Positions 1 through 9,863 of a stretch of 64,000 nt of DNA are shown here, one piece after another. Under the pieces are notes generated by a model. The model did no database searches. It had not been told where the DNA came from and worked only from the letters and a program-made list of their open reading frames with translations. Each line of letters begins with the position of its first letter. Positions within the stretch are counted from its first letter, which is position 1. Source of the stretch: Patescibacteria group bacterium (GTDB taxonomy: Bacteria; Patescibacteriota; Patescibacteriia; CAIXNZ01); contig JBAZJU010000002.1 in assembly GCA_041651155.1 (NCBI GenBank), positions 21,467-85,466 of the forward strand. Direction: 5' to 3'. Both the position numbers and the translations under genes were made by a program.

Positions 1-44
1 TTCTTAAGATTTCCCATAATCTATTAGAAAAATCAATCGTATTC

Positions 45-473
45 TTGCTAATTTTAGCAATAATCTGGCAATTTGCCTTCCCAAGGCTAACTTCTGAGGC
101 TCAAACCTTAGATGCAAAATCACTTGCTGAGGTTAAACAAGCTGAATTTCAGCAAAAATTAGGCCAACTAGTCAGAACAGTAAATGTGCCAGTCACAGCT
201 TATAATAGTTTACCAGGTCAAACTGACTCAACTCCCTGTTTAACAGCTAATGACTTTGATTTATGCGCAAATAACCAACAAAATGTGATTGCTGCTAATT
301 TCTTGCCATTTGGCACAAAAGTTAGATTCCCTGATTATGATCCTAATACTATTTATACTGTCCAAGACAGAATGAATGCGCGCTATTCATATCGCGCTGA
401 TATCTGGATGAAAGACATAGCACTCGCAAGACAATTTGGTATAAAAACCTTAAAGATGGAAATTTACAAATAA
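45..473 (+). CDS. secreted 3D-domain-like (MltA/RlpA-like barrel) protein, paralog 1
   Basis: ORF track; C-terminal motif ANFLPFGTKVRFPDY..YTVQDRMNARY..DIWM shared with the next ORF and resembling 3D/DPBB domains. Confidence 0.4.
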   Translation: MLILAIIWQFAFPRLTSEAQTLDAKSLAEVKQAEFQQKLGQLVRTVNVPVTAYNSLPGQTDSTPCLTANDFDLCANNQQNVIAANFLPFGTKVRFPDYDPNTIYTVQDRMNARYSYRADIWMKDIALARQFGIKTLKMEIYK

Positions 474-502
474 CTCTGTCTCTGCTCTTAACAAAAAAAC
501 TC

Positions 503-536
503 CGCGTCATTAAATGAGCGGGTTTTTTTGTTGAAG
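503..536 (+). terminator. rho-independent terminator-like hairpin with T-run
   Basis: ctccgcgtcattaaatgagcggg followed by ttttttt after the stop of the 45..473 ORF. Confidence 0.4.
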
Positions 537-624
537 CTAAATGAATGTTTCCCCAGTTTTGACTTATTAACAGCTGATTTTTTGTTTTCGTGTTATAATT
601 AACTTAATAAATGATTAACAAATT

Positions 625-1125
625 ATGAAATTGATTAGCTTTAAGGTTTATTTGTTAACCAAAGCTTTTAAAGGAAAAAGTCTCTTGGTTTTAATTTTTG
701 CAATTTTTGTTGCAATTTTTTGTTTGCCTAAAATTTCATCCTGGGCATATTTTGATTTAAATACCAATGACTATTTCCGGCAAATCCAAAAAGTTGTTAG
801 TTTTGACACAAAAGATAAGCCTGAAATATTAAGGCTTTATGTTACTGCCTATGCGAGTGTGTCTGAACTGACTGATAACACGCCCTGCATCTCTGCCAGC
901 GGGTATGATTTATGCAAACATAATGTGGAAAATGTTGTAGCTGCTAATTTCTTGCCATTTGGCGCAAAAGTAAAATTTCCAGACCTGGATCCTGACAAAG
1001 TATATACTGTTGTTGATCGGATGCATGAACGCTATAATAGCCGCCTGGATATTTGGATGAACTCAATTGAAAAAGCTAAAAAATTCGGCTTAAAAAAATT
1101 AACAGTTGAGATTTATAAAGATTAA
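625..1125 (+). CDS. 3D-domain-like protein, paralog 2 (N-terminal TM/signal)
   Basis: ORF track; VVAANFLPFGAKVKFPDLDPDKVYTVVDRMHERYNSRLDIWM closely parallels ORF 45..473. Confidence 0.4.
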   Translation: MKLISFKVYLLTKAFKGKSLLVLIFAIFVAIFCLPKISSWAYFDLNTNDYFRQIQKVVSFDTKDKPEILRLYVTAYASVSELTDNTPCISASGYDLCKHNVENVVAANFLPFGAKVKFPDLDPDKVYTVVDRMHERYNSRLDIWMNSIEKAKKFGLKKLTVEIYKD

Positions 1126-1891
1126 ATTCATGACCTTAATTGACCGCCTCCTTACTAAAAGATATAACTCGTTAAAAATAATGGTTCTTGGAATCGTTAT
1201 TTTTTTTATAATTATAATTGATATCTTTACAGTATTTTATTTTCACAAATCAATCAGCAATGCGATTTTTGATGTTTTGGCAAGTTTAATTTTGACCAGC
1301 TTTCTGATGGCGTTAGTTTTTTACATTATAGACAAAAAAGAAAAACAGCAAACAGCCCAAATTGAACAGCTAACCGAAGCCTACCAGTATATTGGGCAAA
1401 TTAATAGAAAAATTGATGCCTTGTTAGAACTGGACATTGCTTCTTTGGATCAATCAGCCCACCGGCCCATTCATGAAACTGCTTCTGGCATTTTTAAACA
1501 ATTAATCACCCTGCTTGGAGCTAAAGCAGGTTTTTTACATCTTAATCCGCCGCTGGAATTTAAAATATATATAGATCAACAAAAAAATTCTGAGGTAAAA
1601 AACGCTTTGGAAATTTTAGCCCGCACTGGTGCTAAAGAATTTAGACATAGCCAGGGGGCAGCCAACGAATTATTTTTTAAGGAACTCGGCTTAACCGAAA
1701 ATCTGCTGAAAAAATATGATTTTGTCATTAAGCCGGTTTATATGCACAAGCGGGATATTGGCATTATGTTATTATTATTTAAAAAAAATCAGCCGTTGGA
1801 AGATCGCGATTTAAATATTATCCGCGTTTTTTCTTTTTATCTGGCTTTGAATGCCACTTTTAAGCCCGACTTTTCATCTTCTCAGACTTGA
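1106..1891 (+). CDS. hypothetical membrane protein
   Basis: ORF track; two N-terminal hydrophobic segments; no recognisable motif. Confidence 0.35.
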   Translation: MRFIKIKFMTLIDRLLTKRYNSLKIMVLGIVIFFIIIIDIFTVFYFHKSISNAIFDVLASLILTSFLMALVFYIIDKKEKQQTAQIEQLTEAYQYIGQINRKIDALLELDIASLDQSAHRPIHETASGIFKQLITLLGAKAGFLHLNPPLEFKIYIDQQKNSEVKNALEILARTGAKEFRHSQGAANELFFKELGLTENLLKKYDFVIKPVYMHKRDIGIMLLLFKKNQPLEDRDLNIIRVFSFYLALNATFKPDFSSSQT

Positions 1892-1950
1892 AAAAACTCT
1901 TTAAAAATGTTAAGCTAAAGAAAACTTACCCAGGGTAAGTTTTTATAATC

Positions 1951-2440
1951 TCGGCCAGATAGCTCGTCTCGGCTGGGCAGACAAGCTTTTCTGTTATTAT
2001 AAAATTACATCCGAGCCGAAGCCGGGTAAGGCAGAGGTCTGCCGGCCTCCGCAAATTAAAATTATGGCCTGATAGCCAAGTAGTAAGGCAAGGGTCTGCC
2101 TGCCTTCGCAAATTATGGTCTGGTAGCCAAGCAGTAAGGCAGAGGTCTGCAAAACCTCTATACATGGGTGCAATTCCCATCCAGACCTAAAGACGTTGTT
2201 TGCTACGGCAGGTCAAAATCTAAGGTCCTCCGTAGCTCTTAGAGCGTAGGAGGACAAAACCCTTATGCGTGGGTGCAACTCCCACTCAGGCCTCCATGTA
2301 AATTTGCTTCGGCCAGTCAATATCTATTTAGATCCTCCGAAGCTCCGTAGGAGCGAAGGCGGACAAAACCTCTATGCAGAGTGCCTGCCCTCCATAGTTT
2401 TAACGAAGGAGGGCAACTCCCACTCAGGCCTAAAGCGTTA
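1951..2440 (+). repeat. cluster of tRNA-Cys-derived partial copies (three 5' units, two 3'-half units) with hairpin insertions
   Basis: Repeated GGYCTGRTAGCCAAGYAGTAAGGCAGRGGTCTGC units and repeated ...GTGGGTGCAACTCCCACTCAGGCC units. The minus-strand ORF 1926..2180 shows the internal repeats expected of this DNA. Confidence 0.6.
2117..2188 (+). tRNA. tRNA-Cys(GCA)-like gene, the only complete copy in the cluster
   Basis: Acceptor GGTCTGG/CCAGACC; anticodon stem GAGGT/ACCTC with loop CTGCAAA (GCA); T-arm ATGGG-TGCAATT-CCCAT; discriminator T. The D-loop lacks GG and T-loop position 55 is G, so it is atypical. Confidence 0.55.
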
Positions 2441-2489
2441 AATATTTTTGGTAGCTCATCTGGGCTAAGATAACTTTTATAAAGTTATT

Positions 2490-3320
2490 ATGACGGAAAA
2501 ATTTGTTCTCAAAGAACAACCTCAAGAAAGCATTATTACCAGAGATAAAATTGAAGCCCCGCCTAATTTTGTCAGTGTTTTTCATGAGACAAAAATCGAA
2601 TTTCTGCCACCGATTAATCAAACCGGCTTAAAAGCCAGGATTGAATCAAAAGGCAAGGGCAGGAATGAAGAAATGAAGAAAAGGAATAAATTGATAGACC
2701 AGTATCTCCCGGAAAATTTAAAAAAACTAGGCCTAAGCCGCAATAATATCTACGCCTATCCCTTTTTGGAGCGTGGCCATGGCCTGCTTGGCGCAGATAG
2801 AAGATTTATAAAAAAAGGTGACTTTGCTATTGGACAGGAATTTACAGCTTTTTCAGAAGGTGCGCGATATATATTAAAAGAAATGGGCGTAAAAACACTG
2901 GCAGAATACAAAGCAAAAGTTAACGATCCTGTTTATCTAAAGAATAAATATCCGGGTGAAGTCCTGGAAATAAAAGTTGACCCGGAAAAATGCTATGTGG
3001 GTGACTTGGAGTATATTGTCAGAATACAAGACTTAATGGATCGCGGCTGGACCAGAGAAGATGCAGGAGAAGAGCAGGCTAAATATTACTGGCAGAAATT
3101 AATTACGCTCAAAGATTTTTTAAAATGGTACAGAGAACCTGAATGGGCTGAAGATAACAATAATATTAAAAATGCCGAAGATTTTAAAGAAGAGATTTAT
3201 TCTGCTTCAGATTACCATTTACTAAAAGGCGCGCCAGATAATTTGCCGGAAACAATCTATCATCCTGAGATTTTAATTCCCGCTGACATTCCCCAAAAAC
3301 ATATTAAATTAGTTCAATAA
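2490..3320 (+). CDS. hypothetical protein
   Basis: ORF track; no recognisable motif. Confidence 0.4.
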   Translation: MTEKFVLKEQPQESIITRDKIEAPPNFVSVFHETKIEFLPPINQTGLKARIESKGKGRNEEMKKRNKLIDQYLPENLKKLGLSRNNIYAYPFLERGHGLLGADRRFIKKGDFAIGQEFTAFSEGARYILKEMGVKTLAEYKAKVNDPVYLKNKYPGEVLEIKVDPEKCYVGDLEYIVRIQDLMDRGWTREDAGEEQAKYYWQKLITLKDFLKWYREPEWAEDNNNIKNAEDFKEEIYSASDYHLLKGAPDNLPETIYHPEILIPADIPQKHIKLVQ

Positions 3321-3351
3321 GCATGCGCCCAAAATTTATTTCTTAGAAATA

Positions 3352-3386
3352 AAAAAACGCCTAGATTTTTTTCTAGGCGTTTTTTA
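3352..3386. terminator. bidirectional rho-independent terminator
   Basis: aaaaaaacgcctagatttttttctaggcgtttttt, a perfect 8-bp stem with an A-run before and a T-run after. Confidence 0.75.
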
Positions 3387-3390
3387 AAAT

Positions 3391-4251
3391 TTAATTCATT
3401 TTTTTCACCTCTTTCATTAAAAAATTCCCAATATATTTATGGATTGGCACGCCCGTAACTCTTTCGTGTATAAATAAACTGCAGGCCGTATTAATTTCAT
3501 TTAAAATAAAATTGCCCCTTTTATCCTCAAAAAAATCAATAAAGTTAACTTGGGCTTTAAATGCTCTGGCTGTCTTTTCCGCCAGTTTTTTTAATTTATC
3601 GCTTTCGGGAATGTATTTTTTTATCTTAGGGTTAAGGCAAACACTGCATTTCCAGCTCTGATTTGGCATATCATAAGTATAAGCATTATCTAGTGCCTTA
3701 TAATCAATTACAATAACCCTGATTAACTTTGTGTATTCAATAAATTCCTGAACCTGGATATTCTCGCCAGGCACAATATTAACCTTTTCAAGCAATTCTT
3801 TTTCAGTAATATTAGAATCAATTTTTTGACAAAAAACACCTTGTCCCTGGCTATGGATTGGTTTTAAAACTAAAACTTTGTATTTGGCTAACAGCTTTTT
3901 TATTGTTTCTAAATCTTCTCTTTTGACCTTGCGCGTTCTGGCTGCGGGAATATTATTTTTTGCCGCCCAGGCATTAGCTTTATACTTATTACTAGTAAGT
4001 TCTAAAGTTTTAACAGAATTAATAATTTTAAAACCCATGGCTTCAATTTCAGCTAATTTTTTATTGGTAATCCTACCGGCTGTGCGGGAATGAATTAACG
4101 TATTGCCTGGCATTAAATTGTATTTTTTGATAACTTGCTTTAATTCCCCGCGACGGGCAATATAACAATTAAACCCCTGCCTTATTATATGCTCCTGAAT
4201 CTTGAACGCATATTTAAAACCCCTTTTTGTCCTGACAATAATTATATTCAT
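3391..4251 (-). CDS. ATP-grasp ligase, RimK/LysX-like
   Basis: Glycine-rich loop KPIHSQGQGVF and C-terminal FIDFFEDKRGNFILNEINT are typical of the ATP-grasp fold. Confidence 0.6.
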   Translation of the reverse strand: MNIIIVRTKRGFKYAFKIQEHIIRQGFNCYIARRGELKQVIKKYNLMPGNTLIHSRTAGRITNKKLAEIEAMGFKIINSVKTLELTSNKYKANAWAAKNNIPAARTRKVKREDLETIKKLLAKYKVLVLKPIHSQGQGVFCQKIDSNITEKELLEKVNIVPGENIQVQEFIEYTKLIRVIVIDYKALDNAYTYDMPNQSWKCSVCLNPKIKKYIPESDKLKKLAEKTARAFKAQVNFIDFFEDKRGNFILNEINTACSLFIHERVTGVPIHKYIGNFLMKEVKKMN

Positions 4252-4256
4252 GATTT

Positions 4257-5705
4257 TTAAAATAAATTTTTATAAATCGTCTTAACTATCTGCAAATATT
4301 TAGGCTTTAATTGCCCATTACTTTGTAAAATATTTCTCTTAAACAAAGCGTGCGTAATACGAGCCAAACGGCTCCATTTTTTTATTATAGTTTTCTTTTT
4401 AGGCACTCCATCAACTAAAATAAAATCATTATCGCTTTTTAAATCATCGTAAAAGATTGCCTCTTTTTTAAAAATAATCGTTTTATTTTTAGGGTTAAAA
4501 TTATAAACTCCGACTTCCAGTTCGTTTTTTACAATTAAATCGTAATCTTTGGTATTGGATAAAACAAGGTGACTGCCAGAAATTGGCTTTTGATACATTT
4601 TATTTAATTGGCTTACATTAATCTTATAAGGAATATCCAAAAATTCTAAAAAATGAAAAAAATCCATGGGAATAATTTTATATTTCAAATGAATCATGGA
4701 TAAAATGGGAAACGCCCCAGTATAACGCGCATTACATTCAACCAGATAAACTTTATTGGCTTTTTGATTAACAATCAAGTCAATGCCAAAAATTCCTTTA
4801 TAGCCTTGCTTGTACATATGCTTGCCCAATCCTTGAGCAATCACTTGTGATTGTTTAACAATTTTGGCATTTAATTCTGACCCAAAAACATGGCCGCAAA
4901 AAAGCCCGTTGCCTTTCTTGGGAGAAATCACTTGAGGTATATCAATAATCTGCCTTTGAATTTTAGAAACCAAAGTCCCGTACTTAGTAGCGCAACAAGC
5001 CACGCTACAGCTTAAACCAGTAATAAATCTTGTAACATTCACTAGAGTTAAAACCTTGCCATGGAATTTCCCTTCTTTAATCTGGGCTTTAAATTTTTTA
5101 AACTCTTTCTCATTTTTTATAAATAAAGTCCCTTTGCCGCCGCCTAGCATAAAATCTGGAAGTTGAATTACAAATTTAGGGCCATATTTTTTTCTGAAAA
5201 ATTTATAATCTTTACTATAAAATTCTGAGAATTCAAAAATATTGCCCGCAATCGGTTTTATTCCTACCTTATCCATAACTTTTCTAAAACTCGCCTTGTT
5301 TTCAAAAATTTTATTTACCTTTGACTTATTGGCGATTATTTCTACGCCTAACGGCCTGACAGCATTTTGGATATTATTATTAGATCTGTATAAAAATAAA
5401 ATTTTCTTTCCTTCAAAGTTAGCGATATAATTCCTCACTGTTTTATTGCGTAAAAGATTATTGGCGTTTGAAAACTTTAATTTTATATTGGGCTTTCTTT
5501 TTTTTAAACAAAAAATGTCAGCATATTTTTCCAGAACTTTATTATCCTTTGAATCTTTAAAAGTAATGACTTTAAAATTTTTTAAAAAAAGCCCAGGGAA
5601 AAAACGCATAAAGGCAGTCACGCCCACGCCAAAAACAGTCGCTTTGGGATTTAATTTTTTCTCTAAAAATCTGGAGAAATCTTGATAAGTTTTTATATTT
5701 AACAT
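4257..5705 (-). CDS. ATP-grasp domain protein with ~230-aa N-terminal extension
   Basis: FCGHVFG..GIFGIDLIVNQKANKVYLVECNAR ATP-grasp core; 5 nt downstream of the next gene start, same strand, so probably an operon. Confidence 0.55.
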   Translation of the reverse strand: MLNIKTYQDFSRFLEKKLNPKATVFGVGVTAFMRFFPGLFLKNFKVITFKDSKDNKVLEKYADIFCLKKRKPNIKLKFSNANNLLRNKTVRNYIANFEGKKILFLYRSNNNIQNAVRPLGVEIIANKSKVNKIFENKASFRKVMDKVGIKPIAGNIFEFSEFYSKDYKFFRKKYGPKFVIQLPDFMLGGGKGTLFIKNEKEFKKFKAQIKEGKFHGKVLTLVNVTRFITGLSCSVACCATKYGTLVSKIQRQIIDIPQVISPKKGNGLFCGHVFGSELNAKIVKQSQVIAQGLGKHMYKQGYKGIFGIDLIVNQKANKVYLVECNARYTGAFPILSMIHLKYKIIPMDFFHFLEFLDIPYKINVSQLNKMYQKPISGSHLVLSNTKDYDLIVKNELEVGVYNFNPKNKTIIFKKEAIFYDDLKSDNDFILVDGVPKKKTIIKKWSRLARITHALFKRNILQSNGQLKPKYLQIVKTIYKNLF

Positions 5706-5819
5706 GTCTTTATTTTAACAAAAAATATGCCTTTTTAAAAGCAGAAAAAAGTGATAGAATGAAGATGTTACAAATATACAAATCAAATACAAATTATTAC
5801 AAATATTAATAAGGGTATT

Positions 5820-6263
5820 ATGACAAATAAAGTGATTTATCCAGAATTATCTTATGAAATAGTGGGTGTTTTATTTGATGTTTATAATGAACTGGGTTAT
5901 GGTTACCAAGAAAAATATTATGACAGTGCTGTGGCAAAGGCCTTAGATTTGAAGCATATCAGATTTAAGCGGCAAGTGCCTTTTGATGTAAAATATAAAG
6001 ACAATAAAATTGGTAAAGGAATACTTGATTTTTTAATTGAAGATAAAATCGTATTAGAATTAAAAATCGGAAAATATTTTACTAAACAAAGTTTTAATCA
6101 GGTAAAAGGCTATCTTAAATCCACTAATAAAAAATTGGCAATCATGGCTATTTTTACTCCTAAAGGTGTTAGGTTTATTAGAATCTTAAATGAAAATAAT
6201 AAAATTAGTAAAAATGAAACAGAAATAAACCTTAATAAAGTTAGAGAATTATTCAAATATTAA
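5820..6263 (+). CDS. GxxExxY (PDDEXK_3) family protein
   Basis: N-terminus LSYEIVGVLFDVYNELGYGYQEKYY matches the GxxExxY signature. Confidence 0.7.
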   Translation: MTNKVIYPELSYEIVGVLFDVYNELGYGYQEKYYDSAVAKALDLKHIRFKRQVPFDVKYKDNKIGKGILDFLIEDKIVLELKIGKYFTKQSFNQVKGYLKSTNKKLAIMAIFTPKGVRFIRILNENNKISKNETEINLNKVRELFKY

Positions 6264-6303
6264 TTTGTAAATATTCGTCATAATATTTGCATATTTGTAT
6301 CAT

Positions 6304-9069
6304 ATGCCGAAGGCAAAACAAAAATTCATCCTCATCGACGGCAATGCCCTGGTCCACCGCGCTTTTCACGCCTTGCCGCCGCTCACCACAAAAACTGGCG
6401 AGCTGGTTAATGCTGTCTATGGTTTTATTACCATTTTCTTAAAAGCGCTCAAAGACATTAAACCAGAATACGTGGCAGTTACTTTTGATAAAGCAAAAAA
6501 AACTTTTCGTGATGAAATTTATAAAGAATATAAGGCCACACGTGTCAAAGCGCCTCAAGAACTTTATGACCAGATACCCAAAATTAAGGAAGTGCTTAAA
6601 TTATTTAAGGTACCAATTTATGAATTAGATGGCTTTGAGGCTGATGATGTGATTGGCACAATTGCTCACCATGCAGAAGTGAATAAGCCGGAAATTGAAA
6701 CCATTATTGTGACCGGCGACCTTGATACTTTGCAGTTAATTGATGACAACACTAAAGTCTATTCTTTAAAACGCGGCATTTCAGATACAATTATTTATGA
6801 TGAAAAAAATGTCATGCAAAGATACGATGGCTTAAAGCCAAATCAAATGATTGATTATAAAGCGCTTAAAGGCGATCCCTCTGATAATATCCCTGGAGTT
6901 AAAGGCATTGGCGAAAAAACAGCTATCCAACTTTTAACCCAATTTAAAACTTTGGACAATCTTTACAAAAATATCCAAAGCAAAAAATTCTCTGATTCTG
7001 TGCGCCAAAAATTAATTGATCATAAAGAAGAAGCATATTTAAGCCAGAAACTCGCCACTATTGTACTTAATGCCCCGATAGAATTTAAATTAGCCGATGC
7101 TAAAATAAAACCTTACGACAAACAGGGCCTGATCAATCTTTTTCAAAATTATCAATTTACCAGTTTGTTAAATAAACTGCCTGGAGAATCAGCGCCAGCC
7201 CCAGCTGATGGTTCGACTAGGCTTGCCCTGAGCAAAGCCGAAGGGCTCACCATGACAGCTGGGGTTAATTATCAGACAATTCAAACAGACAAAGATTTAG
7301 AAGTTTTCCTTACATCACTAAAAAAACAAAAAGAATTCTGCTTTGATACAGAGACAACCGGCCTGGATCCTTTTAATTCCAAGCTTATGGGCATTAGCTT
7401 TTGCTGGCAAGTAGGCTTAGCTTATTACTTACCAATTGCTGAAGTTAAAGGCGAAGGTTTATTTGAAGAAATAAAAATAAATCAGGCCTGGTTAAAAAAA
7501 TTATCACCCATTTTTGCTGATAAAAAAATTGCCAAGATCGGACATAATCTCAAATTTGATTCTGAAATGTTAATTAATCAAGGGCTGGAAGTTAATAATC
7601 TGGCCTTTGATACCATGATTGCTTCTTATGTTTTAAATCCTGGTTCACGCGCTCATAGTTTGGATAATCTTGCTTTTACAGAACTGGGACACCAGATGAT
7701 TTCCTTTGCTGATCTTACCAATAATAAAAAAACACCCATTACCCAAGTCCCCTTAGCCAAACTCTCTGAATATTCTTGTGAAGATGCTGATTTTACCTGG
7801 CGTCTGTATATTTTATTAAGTAAAAAGTTAGAAAGTGAAAAGTTTATCAAGTTATTTTCTGAAATTGAAATGCCTTTAATCCCGGTTTTAATTAGTATGG
7901 AACAGGATGGAATTAAAATAGATCCTCAATACTTAAAAATCTTTTCCAAAAAGATTCAAAAATCCATCGATGCTGTTTCTAAAAATATCTTTAAATTAGC
8001 AGGCCAGGAATTTAATATTTCTTCACCAATGCAACTCAAAGAAATTCTTTTTGATAAATTACAAATCTCAACTGCTGGCATTGGTAGAATTAAAACCGGC
8101 TTTTCTACTGATGCTGCTTCTTTGGAAAAACTCAAAGGCAGGCATAAAATTATTGATTTAATTTCAGATTACCGTGAATTAAGCAAATTAAAAAATACTT
8201 ATATTGATGCTTTGCCCCAATTGATTGAAAAATCTACTGGCAGAGTGCACACCAGCTTTAACCAAACAATCACTGCCACAGGCCGCTTGTCTTCTTCAGA
8301 ACCTAATTTACAAAATATACCTATTAAAACCGCCTTGGGCCGCGAAGTACGCAAAGCCTTTATTGCTGAAAAGGGTTATAAGTTAGTTGCTGCTGATTAT
8401 TCCCAGATTGAATTAAGAATTGTGGCTTCCTTATCAAATGACCAGAACATGATAAAAGCATTTAAAGAAGGCGAAGATATTCATACTATTACAGCTGCTA
8501 AAATTCATGGCTTAAAACCAGAAGAAGTGACCAAGGAAATCAGGCGCAGTGCCAAAGAAATTAATTTTGGGGTTATGTATGGCATGGGCGCTAATGGCGT
8601 GGCAGCCAGAACTGGAATTTCCCGTGAAGAAGCCCATGAATTTATTGATAAATATTTTGAGGCATTTCCTAATATAAAAAAATATATTGAAGAAACTAAA
8701 GATTTTGCCAGAGATAAAGGTTATGTGGAAACACTCTTTGGCCGCCGCAGGTACTTGCCTGACATCCATTCAGGTGTTCCCAACATTGCCGCTGCGGCGG
8801 AAAGAATGGCCATAAACATGCCTATCCAAGGCACTGCCGCTGATTTAATTAAAATGGCCATGATTAAAATTCACTCTAAACTCTCTCAAATATCCCCTAA
8901 ATCAAGAATGATTCTTCAAGTCCACGACGAACTAGTCTTTGAAGTTCCAGACAAAGAAACAGCCAAAGTCGCTGACTTTGTTAAAAAAGAGATGGAAGAT
9001 GTTTATAAATTCAAATGCCCAATCAAAGTAGATGTGGAAGTCGGCGATAATTGGGGTGAACTCAAATAA
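6304..9069 (+). CDS. polA: DNA polymerase I
   Basis: 5'-3' exonuclease N-terminus, 3'-5' exonuclease and polymerase motifs (RRSAKEINFGVMYG, VHDELVFE). ATG at 6304 preferred over the TTG at 6295. Confidence 0.95.
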   Translation: MPKAKQKFILIDGNALVHRAFHALPPLTTKTGELVNAVYGFITIFLKALKDIKPEYVAVTFDKAKKTFRDEIYKEYKATRVKAPQELYDQIPKIKEVLKLFKVPIYELDGFEADDVIGTIAHHAEVNKPEIETIIVTGDLDTLQLIDDNTKVYSLKRGISDTIIYDEKNVMQRYDGLKPNQMIDYKALKGDPSDNIPGVKGIGEKTAIQLLTQFKTLDNLYKNIQSKKFSDSVRQKLIDHKEEAYLSQKLATIVLNAPIEFKLADAKIKPYDKQGLINLFQNYQFTSLLNKLPGESAPAPADGSTRLALSKAEGLTMTAGVNYQTIQTDKDLEVFLTSLKKQKEFCFDTETTGLDPFNSKLMGISFCWQVGLAYYLPIAEVKGEGLFEEIKINQAWLKKLSPIFADKKIAKIGHNLKFDSEMLINQGLEVNNLAFDTMIASYVLNPGSRAHSLDNLAFTELGHQMISFADLTNNKKTPITQVPLAKLSEYSCEDADFTWRLYILLSKKLESEKFIKLFSEIEMPLIPVLISMEQDGIKIDPQYLKIFSKKIQKSIDAVSKNIFKLAGQEFNISSPMQLKEILFDKLQISTAGIGRIKTGFSTDAASLEKLKGRHKIIDLISDYRELSKLKNTYIDALPQLIEKSTGRVHTSFNQTITATGRLSSSEPNLQNIPIKTALGREVRKAFIAEKGYKLVAADYSQIELRIVASLSNDQNMIKAFKEGEDIHTITAAKIHGLKPEEVTKEIRRSAKEINFGVMYGMGANGVAARTGISREEAHEFIDKYFEAFPNIKKYIEETKDFARDKGYVETLFGRRRYLPDIHSGVPNIAAAAERMAINMPIQGTAADLIKMAMIKIHSKLSQISPKSRMILQVHDELVFEVPDKETAKVADFVKKEMEDVYKFKCPIKVDVEVGDNWGELK

Positions 9070-9075
9070 AATTGC

Positions 9076-9112
9076 TAGAGGTTCGGCCTCCAATTTGGAG
9101 GCCGAACCTCTA
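9076..9112. repeat. REP-like perfect palindrome (copy 1)
   Basis: tagaggttcggcctccaatttggaggccgaacctcta, 7 nt after the polA stop; second copy at 42252-42284. Confidence 0.7.
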
Positions 9113-9187
9113 CTCCTCCCCATTTGGCGCAAAAAAATCCCTAGTAAATATTATTTACTAGGGAAAGGATTGTACTTAATTTCCATA

Positions 9188-9538
9188 TTATATAGGATGG
9201 GAAAGGAAGTAAACTCCAGGCGAATCTGTCTTGGGATCAAAACTTTTGACTTGCTTTGCAAATAATTCAGCAGCTTTATCCAGAATTTTTTTCGACGCCA
9301 TGGGCAGAACATGCCAGGTTGTTGAACCATCTTCATTCGTCTTAAAAACGATATCACCAAGATATTTATAGGTGCCATTAACATTGCACCAGATGTAAAT
9401 ACCATGCCATGCTTCTGAATTCACAATTCCAGCAACCAATTTTTCGCCGATGCGGATTAATGTTTGATCCTGATTGGAAACTGATTCGATATCCATTTCT
9501 ACGAATTCACCACTGACGAGTTTTACTCTTTTAGACAT
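9188..9538 (-). CDS. hypothetical protein
   Basis: ORF with strong SD (aaaaaaggaggatcgaATG). Confidence 0.5.
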   Translation of the reverse strand: MSKRVKLVSGEFVEMDIESVSNQDQTLIRIGEKLVAGIVNSEAWHGIYIWCNVNGTYKYLGDIVFKTNEDGSTTWHVLPMASKKILDKAAELFAKQVKSFDPKTDSPGVYFLSHPI

Positions 9539-9863
9539 TCGATCCTCCTTTTTTAAAAATTACTTTGTACACTTAAGCTGTATTTTTGATTTGAGCGCAC
9601 TGGGAGGGAGTCTGACCCTCACGGACTCTTACCCTATAGGCAAGTTAGTCCACTAGGTTTGGAACCTAGCGCGTCTCAATTCCGCCACCAGTGCATAGAT
9701 TACTATTTATCATATTTTCTCAACCTTGTCAATCCCATTCGCGTCATTCGCATTCAAAATATTCGCATAAATTTAAAAAGCCGACAATTTAATGCCAGCT
9801 TATGCTTACCCACCGTAGCTCATAGGAGTCCAAATGGGTTGTTGTGTTTATGAAAGATAGAGC

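Noticed and set aside
1926-2180. 84-aa minus-strand ORF with internal peptide repeats
   Set aside because: It lies entirely on tandem tRNA-derived DNA repeats, and the repeats in the peptide mirror the DNA repeats. It is not a real protein.
1951-2440. Possible CRISPR array
   Set aside because: The repeat units are not identical or regularly spaced, and they are clearly tRNA-derived. No cas genes are present in the window.
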